Part shown: piece after piece, positions 62,006 to 64,000 of the stretch | Position numbering within the stretch: position 1 is the stretch's first letter | Layout: each line of letters starts with the position of its first letter | NCBI GenBank assembly: GCA_018992685.1 | Contig: JACVGT010000018.1 | Location: 224,001-288,000 of the forward strand | DNA: 64,000 nucleotides | Direction: 5' to 3' | Origin: Theionarchaea archaeon | Lineage (GTDB): Archaea; Methanobacteriota_B; Thermococci; Methanofastidiosales; SZ-28-30 | Notes under the pieces: generated by a model | The model's input: only the letters and a program-made list of their open reading frames with translations | Told to the model about the DNA's origin: nothing | Database searches by the model: none | Program-made: the position numbers and the translations under genes

Positions 62006-63304
62006 TCATACCTCTACGCGTTTCCACTTTTTCTCCATGAGGGAAAGATCAAGGTTACGCCACGCTGAATAGCGCCTGGTTCTCAGGTAGGGTGTCACCT
62101 GCTCATTCCCTGTAGAGATGGCCCACTGGATAAATCCACTTCTGGCAGGAGGGCCTGAAAACCGAATACGATTCTTCAAGTAGGACAACGCCTTCTCCAC
62201 TGTCTTTGTACTATATTCATGGTCCGCACACGGAGTGTGTGGTTTGGGAACAAAGGGAGAAATTGTGACCTTGGTACGCATTATCCTGGAAACCTGACGG
62301 GTCAGATCTACGATGTCTTGCAGGTCCCGGGATGTTTCTCCAGGCAGGCCCACCATGAAGTACAGCTTTATCCAGTGAGCATGCTCTGAACACAATCGAA
62401 CCTTTTTCAGGATTTCTTCATCTGTTATTCTCTTTCCCAGTGAGATTCGCAGCCTTTCACTCGATTCAGGAGCTATCGTCACTGTCCTCAAATCCGCAGA
62501 TCTGAGAATCTCTTCAGAAATCTGTTCAATTCTCAAAGAGGGGAGACTTATCCGATAGGGATGGCATATGTCTATGATTTCCAGAAGGTTGGAATGAGAG
62601 TCTGGTCCAATCAGTGACACTGTTTCAAACTTGGTGCACGTCTCAGCCTCCTCCAGAATCCCCTGTATATGGTCCAGGGGACGCTCCCTCTTCCTTCCTA
62701 TGCAATGGGAGACCATGCAGAATGAACACTGTCTCGAACATCCTCGCGACACCTCAAGTAAGAAGCTTCTGTAAAAAGCTTGAGTATATTCGCCCCACTG
62801 GATAGGTTGGTGCACAGGGTGATACTCCAGCTGAGAGAATCCTGCCTTCACTCTGTCTTCACATCCGGTAAACACCCCCTCAATATCTGAGAGCTCACCG
62901 TCCCTGTACTGATTCAAAAACTCTTCCAGGGACTGCTCAGCATCCCCCACAAATATATAGTCAATCACTCCCTTCAGTGGGAACGGGTTGTACGCAGACC
63001 TCCCTCCCAATATCTTCATCTTGTCTGGAAATTTCTGTGCTATCTCATAAACAGTAAAATAGTCCATTTCAAAACTGCAGGAAAAAGCAATAATATCAAA
63101 ATCAGCCAGAATAGAGTTAGATTCAATACTTTTCGGGAAATCCGTAAAAAATCGCTCACACTGGAATCCTTCCTGTTCATTGATAAAATTGTAGGCGAAG
63201 AGGAATCCTAGATTGCTGTTACCTGCTTTGTACACATTAGGATATACGAGAGCTATTCGGTGCTCTCCCTTCTTCCTTATGACACCGTACTCCAGAAAGT
63301 GCAT
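62006..63304 (-). CDS. Radical SAM protein with N-terminal B12-binding-like domain
   Basis: YPNVY..G.SNLG, EVSRGCSRQCSFC, TIAPES, LYFMVGLPGET, FVPKPHTP. Confidence 0.88.
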   Translation of the reverse strand: MHFLEYGVIRKKGEHRIALVYPNVYKAGNSNLGFLFAYNFINEQEGFQCERFFTDFPKSIESNSILADFDIIAFSCSFEMDYFTVYEIAQKFPDKMKILGGRSAYNPFPLKGVIDYIFVGDAEQSLEEFLNQYRDGELSDIEGVFTGCEDRVKAGFSQLEYHPVHQPIQWGEYTQAFYRSFLLEVSRGCSRQCSFCMVSHCIGRKRERPLDHIQGILEEAETCTKFETVSLIGPDSHSNLLEIIDICHPYRISLPSLRIEQISEEILRSADLRTVTIAPESSERLRISLGKRITDEEILKKVRLCSEHAHWIKLYFMVGLPGETSRDLQDIVDLTRQVSRIMRTKVTISPFVPKPHTPCADHEYSTKTVEKALSYLKNRIRFSGPPARSGFIQWAISTGNEQVTPYLRTRRYSAWRNLDLSLMEKKWKRVEV

Positions 63305-63354
63305 GCTCCACATGTGCCTCTATCCATAAAAACTCCCCTGTTGCAATATCGATT

Positions 63355-63395
63355 ACCGAAAAGTTTATATACTATTGATTAGCAATATTGATTAG
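63355..63395 (+). promoter_or_regulatory. Strong BRE-TATA promoter with repeated operator-like motif
   Basis: ACCGAAAAG-TTTATATA, then TATTGATTAG twice (63373, 63386). Confidence 0.65.
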
Positions 63396-63483
63396 ACCTC
63401 AGTTGTCTCCTACCTCAGGGGTCTTGCCGGGGCTTCGGCCCCGGTTCACACTCTCCAAGAGCATCACTCTCTTTTTTCTTTTT
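63394..63483 (+). ncRNA. Candidate small RNA with CU-rich anti-SD loop and cUUCGg hairpin
   Basis: Stem AGACCTC/GGGGTCT with loop AGTTGTCTCCTACCTCA; CCGGGGC-TTCG-GCCCCGG; T-tract. Both flanking genes are on the opposite strand. Confidence 0.7.
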
Positions 63484-63550
63484 GAAGAAAAGAAGAACTA
63501 GATTCTCCTGGATCCGCGTCACTGACCTCTTGAAGAAGGCGCGAATTCTC

Positions 63551-63991
63551 TCACCTCTTCTTTCTGAAGAAAAGCCAATTCTTGTCCGGTCTGAAAGCGA
63601 TGAGGCAGTACAGCCCTTTCAGCTTTTCACCCATGATGTTAATAACGATTTCCTTTTCTTCCCATTTCTCAGTGATATATGTACCGCTATCCCAGATTAC
63701 CACTGTTCCTGCCCCGTATTCTCCTTCAGTTATCGTTCCTTGAAATGTTGCATATGCTACAGGATGGTCCTCTGTTTGTACAGCCAATCGTCTGACACCT
63801 GATACGAGAGGCGGTTCCTTGGGGATGGCCCAGCTCTTGAGGACACCCTCCTTTTCCAGCCGCAAATCGTAATGGAGATGAGAAGCCTCGTGTCTTTGAA
63901 TGACGTACGTATTCCCTCTCCGTGCAGAGTTCCCTAAAGGTTCAGGCGTTTTCCTGAAATCCCGTTTTCTCTTGTGCTCTTCTAGACTCAT
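63551..63991 (-). CDS. Stand-alone LigD 3'-phosphoesterase domain protein
   Basis: [50 protein letters not shown]. Confidence 0.92.
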   Translation of the reverse strand: MSLEEHKRKRDFRKTPEPLGNSARRGNTYVIQRHEASHLHYDLRLEKEGVLKSWAIPKEPPLVSGVRRLAVQTEDHPVAYATFQGTITEGEYGAGTVVIWDSGTYITEKWEEKEIVINIMGEKLKGLYCLIAFRPDKNWLFFRKKR

Positions 63992-64000
63992 GTGATCACA

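Overview
This is archaeal chromosomal DNA, gene-dense and of moderate GC. Evidence: an HMf-type histone, aIF-2 beta/gamma, aIF-5B, aIF-1A, L7Ae/S28e/L24e/S6e, archaeal ether-lipid enzymes, BRE-TATA promoters and GGAGG/GGTGA Shine-Dalgarno (SD) sites. GcvT, TyrRS, peroxiredoxin and DUF835 resemble Thermococci proteins, so a Thermococci-related lineage such as Theionarchaea is inferred but not proven. The window is mostly housekeeping: translation and ribosome-biogenesis operons, glycine cleavage T/H, B12-related genes (methylmalonyl-CoA mutase small subunit, MeaB, NrdJ), isoprenoid/lipid genes, an oxidative-stress/iron operon with a decayed peroxiredoxin, pstSCAB, acs, a large PAS/GAF histidine kinase and a CHAT-STAND-TPR (NLR-like) protein. 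I saw no tRNA, rRNA, CRISPR array or transposase. The most notable unannotated signals: (1) two stand-alone small-RNA candidates (~21451-21530 and ~63394-63483) with the same architecture and anti-SD loops, one of them complementary to ribosome-binding sites of the oxidative-stress operon; (2) a ~275-nt structured ncRNA candidate (36205-36479, minus strand); (3) probable non-canonical start codons (CTG for aIF-1A, ACG for pstS, possibly ATA); (4) several small ORFs missed by the ORF track (rubredoxin, an eL41-like basic peptide, two small membrane peptides); (5) a DUF2226/roadblock/DUF835 signalling-like cluster. All family assignments come from motif recognition by eye; no database searches were run.
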